Positions 49,122 through 58,185 of a stretch of DNA of 64,000 nt are shown here, one piece after another. The first letter of the stretch is position 1. Every line of letters begins with the position of its first letter. A program made the position numbers and the translations under genes. The notes below the pieces were generated by a model that was not told the DNA's origin, did not search any database, and saw only the letters and a program-made list of their open reading frames with translations. The DNA comes from Acidimicrobiia bacterium (lineage in GTDB: Bacteria > Actinomycetota > Acidimicrobiia > Spongiisociales > ZC4RG35): assembly GCA_028284765.1 (NCBI GenBank), contig JANQRA010000003.1, forward strand, positions 144,500 to 208,499, given 5' to 3'.

Positions 49122-51791
49122 ATGGAACTCCGACGGCTAAGCAGGGCCCTGAGCGGCCGATGGGCGACCGTGATCGCAATCGGGCTCGTTGGCGTTATTG
49201 CGGCACTCGCGTTCACATCCATATCCAACCGGACCCCTGGTGACACGGTCATTGCGACGGCCGCAATTCGGTTTGAGCCCGATGAGGGTCAGACGATCGC
49301 TGACCTCGCGCCTGAGATCGAGGCAGCTCGCGGCTTTGCGATCATCGCAGCGGAAGAACAGATCCTGGCTGATCCCGACATCGTGATCGAGGCCGATCTC
49401 GGTGGTGGCCGGCTGGTGTTCACGACCCAAGCTCCGAGTCAGGCCGAAGCGGCCCGCAAGGCCGCCGAACTAGTCGACGCCTTCAACCAGATCGATCCAA
49501 CGCTGGGTGGTCAGGTCGATGACGAGATGGAGAGCTTGCGATTGGAAGCTGCGTCGATCGCCGACCAGCTTCAGGCGCTAGAAGATCAGCTGTCACAGCC
49601 GGACCCCCAGGACGTCCTACTGGCAGAAAGGCTTGACTCACAGATCAACGGGATAAACCAGCGGTTGGGCGAACTGGACATCCTCGAAGCCGGTGCCGAC
49701 GCTGAGACCAGAGCTGCGATCATCCTCGAGCGCGCGAACCTCAACAACCTCTTGGCCGAGACGCTTGCGGAACGAGAAGCGCTTGGTGATGTCGAGCCAG
49801 CGCAGCTGTCGCCGGGAGACCTGCTGCTGCAGCAAACCCTTCAGAATCGGCTGACCAGCATCGCATCGGAATTCGAGCGCCTGTACCTGCGGCAGCAGGG
49901 TGTTGAGGGTATTGGTGTCCTCGAGCCCACAACCTTCTCCGACTTGAACTCTGCACCGGCCAACGCATGGGTGAATGCGGCCGTTGGATTCCTGGGTGGA
50001 GTCCTCATTGCCGTGTTTGCGCTCATGTTCTTGGCGAGGACACGGCGGACCGTTCTCCTTCCGGAAGACGTTGCGGTGCCGGTACTCGGCTCCATCCCGT
50101 CACGGGAGGTTGGCTTCTCGCTGCCTGACCGGTGGTACGACGAGGCCGAAGGAGGGCCACGCAAGACTGCCATCCAGGCACTGCGCTCCTCGGTCGAAGC
50201 TTTGGTCCCGATGTCCGGCGAAACGATCGCCATCTCACGTCATGCGGCGCCCGGTCGTGACGTCCAGGGCCTCGCCGTAGACCTCGCGTCCTCCCTAGCT
50301 ACGGCGGGAACCAGTGTTTTGGTGATCGATGCCGACTGGCATGTTCAATCTCAAATCGGCGCATCACGGGTGGGTGGCGAGACACTGGCCAGTGTTCTAG
50401 CTCTCGATCCGGCCGCACCGGAGTACCCGGCCCGGGTTGACCATGCGGCAGAGAGCGCACACCTGATTCGGAACGGGCTCTCGGTCCTGCCCTCGGGAAC
50501 TCCGCCCGCTTCTGCGGCAGACGCCCTGGCTGGTCGCCAGTTCCGGGCCCTCCTCTCAGCAGCCCAGGACCGTTACGACGTGGTGATTGTTGTGGTTGAT
50601 GCCATCGAGTCGCCAGCCGCCCAAGTGGCGATGCAGCGTGTGAATCACGCACTCGTCGTGGTCACGCCCGGTTCCACCACGATGCCAGACCTCAACGGCC
50701 ACCTCGAAGACCTGCACCGTCTCCGGGTGTCCGTCCTGGGTGCGGTGTTCCTCAGCAAGCACGACCGGGTCCAGTCCTTCTTCAGAAGTCGGTCTGCGGG
50801 CAAGAGCACAGAAAGCTCATCAGTAGCGGAGGCACCGTCGGCTGCCCCGCCGAAGAAGCCGAAGTCAAGTCGACGCAAGAAGGAGGAAGAAGGGCCGCCA
50901 CCTCCGTCACCCATCAGCCGCCTGCAGAACTACCCCATCCCCGATGAGCGCAGGACTGGCCTGTTGCCGCAGAACACCTTGCGTGATCTGGCTGACGAGA
51001 TCAGCCCGATGGACATGGTGGTCGACGAAGGCAGCCTGGGAGATGAGTTGCTTGCTGTGCTGTCCACGTCTGCCAATCCACAGGCCTATCCCGCAGTTGC
51101 CGAGTATCTGGTGGCTCGGATCGAAGACATGGTCACCGCCCAGCACGGTCTTGGCGACCTCTCGCCCGAATTGGTCGATCAAGTCGCAGAAGATGGATTC
51201 GTCTCGTTGCGAGCGCTGCGTGGCCACCGGACGGCAGGGTCTTGGTTGCGTCAGGAGATCGAGCGGGAGGCGGGAGAGTTCACCGCCGACAACATCATCT
51301 CGCAGATGGAGCGCATCCTGGGCGGAGGTATCGATGAAGAGGTCTCGATCGATGAGTGGCTCATAAAAGAGTTCTTCAAGAGACATCTGGCAAAGACTGA
51401 GGGTCAACCCTCGATCTGGCATCTAACAGGCCCGGGTCAAGCGGTCGACATCCTCGTTCCAGCCCGGAGGCTCAACTCCGAGCGGCTTTCTGACATCCTG
51501 CGAAACGTCGTGTCTAACGGTCGGGACGAGATGGTTCGTTTCCGACACTCGGCGATGGCTCATGGCGATCATGAGCAAGCGGGACTGTTCGACACGCGTA
51601 TTGCGGAGTTCGATCGGTTCGAGTCTGCTCTCCAGTCTGTGGCCACTGGCAAGTACGGAAAGACGGAAGCGTGGGAGCCGGACTGGACGAAAGGTACCCG
51701 CTCCAATCTCGCCGTCTTCCAAGATGCGGGCCTGATCCCGTTCCCGGTCCTGTCACAACAGGAGATGGACGCCACTTTGGTGTCTGCCTGA
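49122..51791 (+). CDS. Wzz/PCP-like chain-length determinant fused to a BY-kinase-like domain with degenerate Walker A, plus a ~330-aa C-terminal domain with no recognisable motif
   Basis: 889 aa. Transmembrane helix 1 is WATVIAIGLVGVIAALAF, followed by a coiled-coil region and transmembrane helix 2 VGFLGGVLIAVFALMFL. Then PVLGSIP...AISRHAAPGRDVQGLAVDLASSLATAGTSVLVIDAD; a CpsD/Wzc would have GEGKST here. YDVVIVVVD is Walker-B-like. There is no C-terminal Tyr cluster. Confidence 0.65.
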   Translation: MELRRLSRALSGRWATVIAIGLVGVIAALAFTSISNRTPGDTVIATAAIRFEPDEGQTIADLAPEIEAARGFAIIAAEEQILADPDIVIEADLGGGRLVFTTQAPSQAEAARKAAELVDAFNQIDPTLGGQVDDEMESLRLEAASIADQLQALEDQLSQPDPQDVLLAERLDSQINGINQRLGELDILEAGADAETRAAIILERANLNNLLAETLAEREALGDVEPAQLSPGDLLLQQTLQNRLTSIASEFERLYLRQQGVEGIGVLEPTTFSDLNSAPANAWVNAAVGFLGGVLIAVFALMFLARTRRTVLLPEDVAVPVLGSIPSREVGFSLPDRWYDEAEGGPRKTAIQALRSSVEALVPMSGETIAISRHAAPGRDVQGLAVDLASSLATAGTSVLVIDADWHVQSQIGASRVGGETLASVLALDPAAPEYPARVDHAAESAHLIRNGLSVLPSGTPPASAADALAGRQFRALLSAAQDRYDVVIVVVDAIESPAAQVAMQRVNHALVVVTPGSTTMPDLNGHLEDLHRLRVSVLGAVFLSKHDRVQSFFRSRSAGKSTESSSVAEAPSAAPPKKPKSSRRKKEEEGPPPPSPISRLQNYPIPDERRTGLLPQNTLRDLADEISPMDMVVDEGSLGDELLAVLSTSANPQAYPAVAEYLVARIEDMVTAQHGLGDLSPELVDQVAEDGFVSLRALRGHRTAGSWLRQEIEREAGEFTADNIISQMERILGGGIDEEVSIDEWLIKEFFKRHLAKTEGQPSIWHLTGPGQAVDILVPARRLNSERLSDILRNVVSNGRDEMVRFRHSAMAHGDHEQAGLFDTRIAEFDRFESALQSVATGKYGKTEAWEPDWTKGTRSNLAVFQDAGLIPFPVLSQQEMDATLVSA

Positions 51792-51795
51792 ATCG

Positions 51796-52587
51796 GTGTC
51801 GGTCGTCAGACGGCTGGCCAAGAGTGCCTTCACAGCCTCCGATCGGTTGCAGCCTGCCCCAAAAGGACCGCGGGTTCTGATATACCACCGCGTAGGCCGC
51901 TTTCTGGGCCAGCAGATGGAGGTCACCGAAGACGACTTCGCTTGGCAGTCGGATTGGCTGGCGTCCAACAGGGAAGTCGTTCCGCTCGATGAGGCTCTGA
52001 AGAGGTGGACGGACGAGGACTCCAGTGGTCTGGTTGCGATAACAATCGATGACGGATATGAGGACACATTCACCGAGGCATTTCCGATCCTCATGGAAAG
52101 GCGCCTGCCGTTCACGCTCTACGTCTCCACCGAGCACGTCGAGACCGGTGTGCCGCTGAATGCAGAGACTGGGGCGCCACCGCTGACATGGGATCAGATA
52201 CGTGAAATGCTCGATTCCGGTCTGATGACCTTGGGAGCGCACACGCACTCACATCCCGATCTCCGCAACATCGATCCCGATGACATCGAGACCGAGCTGA
52301 GAACTTCGGATGAGCTGATTGAGCAGCGCACAGGAGTCAAACCGATCCACTTTGCGTACCCGTGGGGCTACTGGTCTGGCGCAGCAGAGCAGCTGGTGGC
52401 TGAGAGGTATCAGTCGGCCGTTCTCGGATCCCCTTTCAGCGCCAAACATGAGTTTCATCCGCTACTGGTTCACCGATATCCCGTTCAATTGAGCGATGGA
52501 CGGCGGTTCTTCGAGGCGCGGCTCCGTGGTGGGATGTTGCTGGAGGAGCGGATTCGTCGCAGGCTCAGAGGCTACGAAGGGCCTTGA
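51796..52587 (+). CDS. Polysaccharide deacetylase (CE4/NodB family)
   Basis: 263 aa, TIDDGYEDTF...HTHSHPDL motifs. Confidence 0.8.
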   Translation: MSVVRRLAKSAFTASDRLQPAPKGPRVLIYHRVGRFLGQQMEVTEDDFAWQSDWLASNREVVPLDEALKRWTDEDSSGLVAITIDDGYEDTFTEAFPILMERRLPFTLYVSTEHVETGVPLNAETGAPPLTWDQIREMLDSGLMTLGAHTHSHPDLRNIDPDDIETELRTSDELIEQRTGVKPIHFAYPWGYWSGAAEQLVAERYQSAVLGSPFSAKHEFHPLLVHRYPVQLSDGRRFFEARLRGGMLLEERIRRRLRGYEGP

Positions 52588-54389
52588 TTCCGAGTTGCAG
52601 TCAGTTCGCTGAATCGCCGATTCCAGGCCTCGATTGTCACCAGCTTCATGAGTAACCACTGGTGGTTTCTCTCTCCTGACATGTGTTCGTCGAGGTGTCG
52701 TCTCACCACTCCGTGATCGATGAGGGCAGTCTGGTTTTCGAGGTTTGCCAATCGGTCATGGACGAGTTCACGAAGCGGGCCACGGAACCATGAGGCAAGT
52801 GGCAAGGACTGCCCGATCTTCCGGTTGAAGGCAAGGTTTTCGGGTAGTGACTTTCGTGCAAGCTCCCTGAGCTCACACCGGTCGGGCCCCTTGTTCGCGA
52901 GCCGGGCCAGGATTCTTGGGAACTCCGGATTGGTGTAGGGAAGAGCGGAGCGCATCCCATACGCCTCGGGCCACCGTGTCATCCAGTGGGTCCCCCGCTC
53001 CGGGTAGGTGAAGTAGTTCCACCCAAAGGACTCGACAGCGGATAGGTCGTTTAAGGGCTGGTCCCCGAAGAACGCAGCGACGCTCTCTTTGGCCGTCAAC
53101 CAAGCAGCGTCCACCAGCCCGGGCTCGGTGATGAACTGATGGATTTCGGAGTGGGGGACAGCCGGACCTAGACCATCGAGCACTGCTTCGAGCGGTCCTC
53201 GTGCGTATCGATCGAGCGAGTCTGACAGGCCTTTGATGCCTCTGATGTTGTTGAGTGGTCGCATTGCCTTAGTGGCCGCGCCAGCCACCGGCCTCGGGAT
53301 GAAACCCTGGATGAACTTCCAGCGTTCGTCGCTGCCTGTGAGGTACCAGGTGTCTGGGCCGGTGCCTCCGAATACGAGCTCGTGGCCAGCCTGGGCTACG
53401 GGGGCCAGGTTGGCCGTGTGGGCTGCGTAGCCGAATGGTGACTCGTAGTGAGCGACCATCCAATCGATGTGCTGTTCGATGAACTCAGGTCCATAGACAA
53501 TCGGCACGTGCTCGACCCCGAGATGGTTCGCAACCAGGGCTGCCTCGGAGAACTCATCGATGATCCCCACTTCGCCTGAGAACGTGAGCGTGTATGTAGT
53601 GAATTCCATTCCGAGACGGTGCATTGCTGCCGCGAGGCCGACCGAGTCGATTCCTCCTGACATGAGGAGCGCTGGCTCCATGGCTGTGGTCGAATGCCAG
53701 CTCGATATGGAGTCGCTGAGAAGTGCATCCAACTCCTCAACCGTCTCTGCTGTCGGCCTTGTCTCGTTGCGCGGTTCCCACGCTGGACGCCAGATGCGTT
53801 TGTGTTCCACGCCTCTCTCCGAGACCTGAAGAGCATGCCCGGGGATGAGACTCCTTATGGCCGCGTACATCGTTTGTCCGGGGATCAGCGAACCGAATCG
53901 AAGGCTGTTGGTGACCGCAGCGGGATCCACTTCGTCGCCGGGCCTTGCAAGCTGATCCACCCTGGTGGACCACCAGACAGAACCGCCATCGATGCGATAG
54001 GCAAGCCTCGGAGCTCCACCCGGGTGGCGTATGAGGCTGAGTGTCTGGCTCTGAGCGTCCCAGAAGGCGATCGCTGCCAACCCGAGAAGGTCTCCGAGGA
54101 CGTCCAGACCTCGCTGCTGGACCAGGCTTAGAAGCTCTTGCAGGTCGGTCCCCCAAGGCGGCCCAACAATCGTCCCCTTGACGAAGATCGCGGAACCGTC
54201 TTCAACTCTCGCGTGCGCAGTCTTGTTGCTGACGGCCACAGCCACCGTTTCGGTAAGCGTCAGTACTTGATGTGCTGGCGCTTCGGATCTGAATACCTCC
54301 ACAGCACCGTCCACCCCGGCCGGGGAGAAGACGCCAAAGAGGTCTGCGATTGGGGGCCAGGATTGTTCGGCCAGTCGGGGAGTTTTCAT
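52572..54389 (-). CDS. Asparagine-synthetase-family (AsnB-like) amidotransferase lacking the N-terminal Cys nucleophile
   Basis: 605 aa. PP-loop LLMSGGIDSVGLAAAM is present. The N-terminal Ntn-type domain starts MKTPRLAEQSWPPIADLFGVFS..., and no Cys is available to act as the glutaminase nucleophile. Confidence 0.7.
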   Translation of the reverse strand: MKTPRLAEQSWPPIADLFGVFSPAGVDGAVEVFRSEAPAHQVLTLTETVAVAVSNKTAHARVEDGSAIFVKGTIVGPPWGTDLQELLSLVQQRGLDVLGDLLGLAAIAFWDAQSQTLSLIRHPGGAPRLAYRIDGGSVWWSTRVDQLARPGDEVDPAAVTNSLRFGSLIPGQTMYAAIRSLIPGHALQVSERGVEHKRIWRPAWEPRNETRPTAETVEELDALLSDSISSWHSTTAMEPALLMSGGIDSVGLAAAMHRLGMEFTTYTLTFSGEVGIIDEFSEAALVANHLGVEHVPIVYGPEFIEQHIDWMVAHYESPFGYAAHTANLAPVAQAGHELVFGGTGPDTWYLTGSDERWKFIQGFIPRPVAGAATKAMRPLNNIRGIKGLSDSLDRYARGPLEAVLDGLGPAVPHSEIHQFITEPGLVDAAWLTAKESVAAFFGDQPLNDLSAVESFGWNYFTYPERGTHWMTRWPEAYGMRSALPYTNPEFPRILARLANKGPDRCELRELARKSLPENLAFNRKIGQSLPLASWFRGPLRELVHDRLANLENQTALIDHGVVRRHLDEHMSGERNHQWLLMKLVTIEAWNRRFSELTATRNQGPS

Positions 54390-54476
54390 GTTGATGCAGT
54401 CGGCAGAGCGCTCATCGGTTGTCGCTGATCCAGATGGGGTACAGAGGCATTATCGGTCTATCTTGTTGTCCACCGA

Positions 54477-55964
54477 ATGGCTGATGCGAGCCGGGACTCC
54501 CGGTCTTTTCGAACGGATGCCTTGTCCGGCGGTAGGTGGGGTGCGATCAGAAGTGTCGCTCTCCAGGTCTCGACCATCCTCACAACCGCAGTCCTGGCGA
54601 GATTGCTATCTGACACCGACTTCGGACTGGTGGCGATCACGGTGGTGGTGCTCACGATGTTCGACCTCATCACGAGGGTCGGGTTGGGTGCCTCCGTCGT
54701 CAGACGGGAACCGCTTACCAAGGAATTCTCCTCGACCTTCTTCTGGGCTTCTCTGATTCTCGGTCTGGTTGCTGGCGGCTTGGCCGCCTTGATCGCCGTT
54801 CCCGGCGCCAGGCTGGCGGGCAATGTAGACGCTGCGCCATTGGTCGTGCTGTCTGCAGCCACACTTCCCTTCAATCTCATGGCGCGAGTGCCGTCCGGCC
54901 TTCTCTCACGAGAGTTTCGCTTCCGCACCCTTGCGATGATCGATATCTCGGGTGCATTCGTCCACGGCATCGTCGCTATCTCATTGGCCTTTGCTGGATT
55001 CGGCGCATGGTCGGTCGTCATAGGCCAGGTGGTTCGAAGCCTCGTGATGCTGGTGGCGTCTGTGTTGGCGACCCGGTTCCGGCCCGACTTCACCATGAAC
55101 TTCGGCTTTCTTCGTGAGGAGTTGTCATTCAACGCCAGCTGGTTGAGCGCTGACTTGATCAGCTACGCCAACAAGAACGCTGACTACTGGTTCGTGGGTA
55201 ATCGCCTCGGTACTGGTGCCCTGGGCGTCTACTACGTGGCATATGTGATCCCGAACCTGCTGAGACGTCGCATCACGCAGGTCGGCCACGACGTGATCTA
55301 TCCAGTCGTCTCCAGAATCGCGGAGGACACGAAACGCATCCGATCTGTTTACCGCGAGGTGCTGTGCCTCGTCTCATTCCTGGCAGTACCGATGATGCTG
55401 GGTCTGGCGGCCGTTGCTGATCTGACGATTCTGATCGGCTTTGGCCCCGACTGGACCGAGGCAATCGACCCACTTCGTATCGTCGCCGTGTCCGCTGCAA
55501 TCACGGCCGTCACTGTCGTAGGGCAGCCCATCTTCGCAGCCATGGGCCATCCTCAGGTTCTGATACCCATCGGGATCATTCAGCTTGTGATCCTTGGCGT
55601 TGGTCTTTCCTTCTCGTTCAACGACGGCAGTCTGGTGGCAGTGTCCCTCGCTGTTTTGCTGGCGACCTCTGTCCGGTTTTTCCTGGTGGTGAGGAAACTC
55701 AAGCAGATGATCGGTGTGAGCTACCGAGCCTTCGTAGTGGCTGTCATGCCATACGTCGTTGCCTCGCTGATCATGGTCTCGGCAGTTTGGGCTCTCCGCT
55801 CAACGGTCTTCGAACCGCTCTCCGTGGTACCGGAGGCAATAGTCGCGGTTGGCGTCGGTGCCCTTCTTTACCTCGGTTCTGGGTTCTTGTTCTTTCGGAG
55901 GAGCTTCTCGGAGCAGATAGTTGCCGTTAGAGCCCTGCTGATTCCTAGTCGGAAGAAGGCTTGA
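54477..55964 (+). CDS. Wzx-type oligosaccharide flippase (MOP superfamily)
   Basis: 495 aa, about 12-14 transmembrane helices, typical polysaccharide-biosynthesis membrane protein pattern. Confidence 0.75.
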   Translation: MADASRDSRSFRTDALSGGRWGAIRSVALQVSTILTTAVLARLLSDTDFGLVAITVVVLTMFDLITRVGLGASVVRREPLTKEFSSTFFWASLILGLVAGGLAALIAVPGARLAGNVDAAPLVVLSAATLPFNLMARVPSGLLSREFRFRTLAMIDISGAFVHGIVAISLAFAGFGAWSVVIGQVVRSLVMLVASVLATRFRPDFTMNFGFLREELSFNASWLSADLISYANKNADYWFVGNRLGTGALGVYYVAYVIPNLLRRRITQVGHDVIYPVVSRIAEDTKRIRSVYREVLCLVSFLAVPMMLGLAAVADLTILIGFGPDWTEAIDPLRIVAVSAAITAVTVVGQPIFAAMGHPQVLIPIGIIQLVILGVGLSFSFNDGSLVAVSLAVLLATSVRFFLVVRKLKQMIGVSYRAFVVAVMPYVVASLIMVSAVWALRSTVFEPLSVVPEAIVAVGVGALLYLGSGFLFFRRSFSEQIVAVRALLIPSRKKA

Positions 55965-56862
55965 GCGGCGGCGGGAATCGATGAGCCGTAAGGCTTCCAC
56001 CATCGGATAGAACCTTGGGAAGGTGGTACTTGAGGCGTAGCGGCTGATGGTGCCTGCCGATTGCCCTTCGAAGGTTGATCATCATGCGGGTTGGCTTGCG
56101 ATACCAGAGCCGATAGAAGATGTCCCGGGCGTCGGCCCGTCTCCGAATGCGGACCTCGTCGGTGAAGGCTGCTGTGGTCGACACGCTCCCGGTATGAACA
56201 CAGGTGGCGTCGGGCACTGTCACCACTCGATACCCGAGGTGTTTGACCCGCTTGGCCAGGTCTATGTCCTCTCCGTATAGGAAGAACTGTGGGTTGAACC
56301 CACCAATCTCGCGAAGAAGGTCGGTGGGTCCCGCGACGCAGGCGCCGACCACCCACGCGACATCCACGAGTCCCTGTGATGTTGGGTAGCGAGCATTGTC
56401 ACGCCCCGGCCCTGAGAGGTTGGAGATCAGCCGCCACTCTTCTGCCAGCCCCGGGAAGTCCTCCCGCGCTGCAGGCATCGGTTGCCCAGATTCGTCAACG
56501 ATCCTGGGACCAATCAGACCTATCCGCATGTCAGTGTCGAGGGCGGCAAGGAGTTTGTCGACCATCTCGGATCCGAACTCAACGTCGTCATTGAGGATCA
56601 TCGTCACCCGACCTTCGGCGTCGGCGAGTGCCAGATTCGCAGCGTGGCCGTAGCCAGAGTTCTCAGGGTTGGCGATGACCTTGCCGTTCTGGATTGTTTG
56701 CCTGGCGATTTCGACCGATTTATCTGCTGAAGCGTTGTCCACCACGATCACCTCGTAGTCGAGGTGTTCCAGGGCGCGTTCATGGCTCTCGATGGCGTCC
56801 TTGATGCGGTCTTCGGAGTTGTAAGAGATGATCACAGCGGAGACGTCTAGTGAGTTAGGCAC
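55945..56862 (-). CDS. Glycosyltransferase family 2
   Basis: 305 aa. VSAVIISYNSEDRI..., DNASAD (DxD) and LNDDVEF motifs. Confidence 0.82.
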   Translation of the reverse strand: MPNSLDVSAVIISYNSEDRIKDAIESHERALEHLDYEVIVVDNASADKSVEIARQTIQNGKVIANPENSGYGHAANLALADAEGRVTMILNDDVEFGSEMVDKLLAALDTDMRIGLIGPRIVDESGQPMPAAREDFPGLAEEWRLISNLSGPGRDNARYPTSQGLVDVAWVVGACVAGPTDLLREIGGFNPQFFLYGEDIDLAKRVKHLGYRVVTVPDATCVHTGSVSTTAAFTDEVRIRRRADARDIFYRLWYRKPTRMMINLRRAIGRHHQPLRLKYHLPKVLSDGGSLTAHRFPPPLKPSSD

Positions 56863-58162
56863 TATTGAAAGCCCTCCTCATGGAGTCGAGGTCGGCTCCG
56901 GTCCCGGCCTCGAAGTGTTGAGTTTGATGGCTCAAGAGCGTCCAGAGGGCACTGTTTGGTACGTCAACGTCATTGAGAGTGATGGGTTCATCCTTCGCCA
57001 GTTTCCTCGTCACCGTGACACCCGGGGCCAGCCCGATTGGCAGCCACGTCGAGTCGGAAACCTTGTCGATCTCGCCATACACGTCGTACCCGCCGATGCC
57101 ATCGATCACGGTTCCGACATCCAGGTCTCGTTTGGCCAACGACACGACCTCTGCCACCGGAGCGCCGATTGGAGCGATCGTGGGCTCGTTGTCCAGGGCG
57201 GCCTCCGCGATCGAGATGGGCGTTTCGAACTGGACGAGGTGCCATGGTCGGAAGAAGAGGTACCAAGGTCCATCGCCCATCTTCAGGTATTGGAGATAGG
57301 GGGCCGCCAACTCCTCATGCGCACCGGTCGCGATCACGAAGACTCCACTTCCGAAGTCACCGCCGAGGGTGTAGTCGACCACGCCTGTACCGGACAGGGC
57401 TGATCTGAAATCTGTCAAGGCATCGGCCATGGTGGTTTCCACGCCGTGCATGCCTCTCACTTCTGGGAGGAGGCCCGTTGCATTGGCAACAGACACGTTC
57501 TCGACGTTCATCTTCGTGCCGTCGGTAAAGGCAGTCGTCATGTGCAAGCTTGTCTTCTGCTTCTCGGCCCAGGGGCGGATGGAGTCAGGTGTGGCGTGTC
57601 TGTCGAGGAAACCCTTGCAATTGATCGCGGCAACGGTTTCCAGGCCGATTCCCTCTACGTACTCGACCAGCCTCTGCATGACACCTGGCTGATCGCCGTC
57701 ACTGCCTGTGTACACCACTCCCGATTGATCAGCGAGCACCTTGAGGATCGGTCCGACTGTGGCGTCTGTCTCGTAGTTGAGAGAGACAACATGGCATCCA
57801 GCAGCGAAAGCCTCCAGCGCTACCTTGGCCCCGAAGCTGGTGTCTCCCGTCGCCTCCACGACCACGTCGATAGAGCTCAACTCGCTGAGAATCGATGGCT
57901 CGCTGACGAGGGCGGTTTTCCCTTCGCGGACCATGTCATCCAACTGTTGGCTGCCGACTTCCTCGTCCACCGCCTCTATCCCGTTGGTCTGAAGCATCAT
58001 GTTCGCCCGCTCCGCAGACCGTGCGATCACCAGGGATGGTGTCATTCCAGGGGTCAGTTTCAACTGGTGGATGAGACCTCGAGCGACGAACCCCGAACCC
58101 ACGACAGCCACCCTGATGTGACGCCCGGACTGTTCGGCTTCTTGGAGTCTTCTGAAGATCAT
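56855..58162 (-). CDS. NAD-binding (homoserine-dehydrogenase-like Rossmann) oxidoreductase with a C-terminal SAF domain (COG4091-like)
   Basis: Internal ATG at 58162 preceded by GGAGG. N-terminal VAVVGSGFVARG. C-terminal SAF-like VVSLAKRDLDVGTVIDGIGGYDVYGEI...DEPITLNDV. The 97-aa upstream extension in the ORF track has no coding character. Confidence 0.55.
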   Translation of the reverse strand: MIFRRLQEAEQSGRHIRVAVVGSGFVARGLIHQLKLTPGMTPSLVIARSAERANMMLQTNGIEAVDEEVGSQQLDDMVREGKTALVSEPSILSELSSIDVVVEATGDTSFGAKVALEAFAAGCHVVSLNYETDATVGPILKVLADQSGVVYTGSDGDQPGVMQRLVEYVEGIGLETVAAINCKGFLDRHATPDSIRPWAEKQKTSLHMTTAFTDGTKMNVENVSVANATGLLPEVRGMHGVETTMADALTDFRSALSGTGVVDYTLGGDFGSGVFVIATGAHEELAAPYLQYLKMGDGPWYLFFRPWHLVQFETPISIAEAALDNEPTIAPIGAPVAEVVSLAKRDLDVGTVIDGIGGYDVYGEIDKVSDSTWLPIGLAPGVTVTRKLAKDEPITLNDVDVPNSALWTLLSHQTQHFEAGTGADLDSMRRAFNSA

Positions 58163-58185
58163 CGGGTGTAGCCTCCACGAACGTT

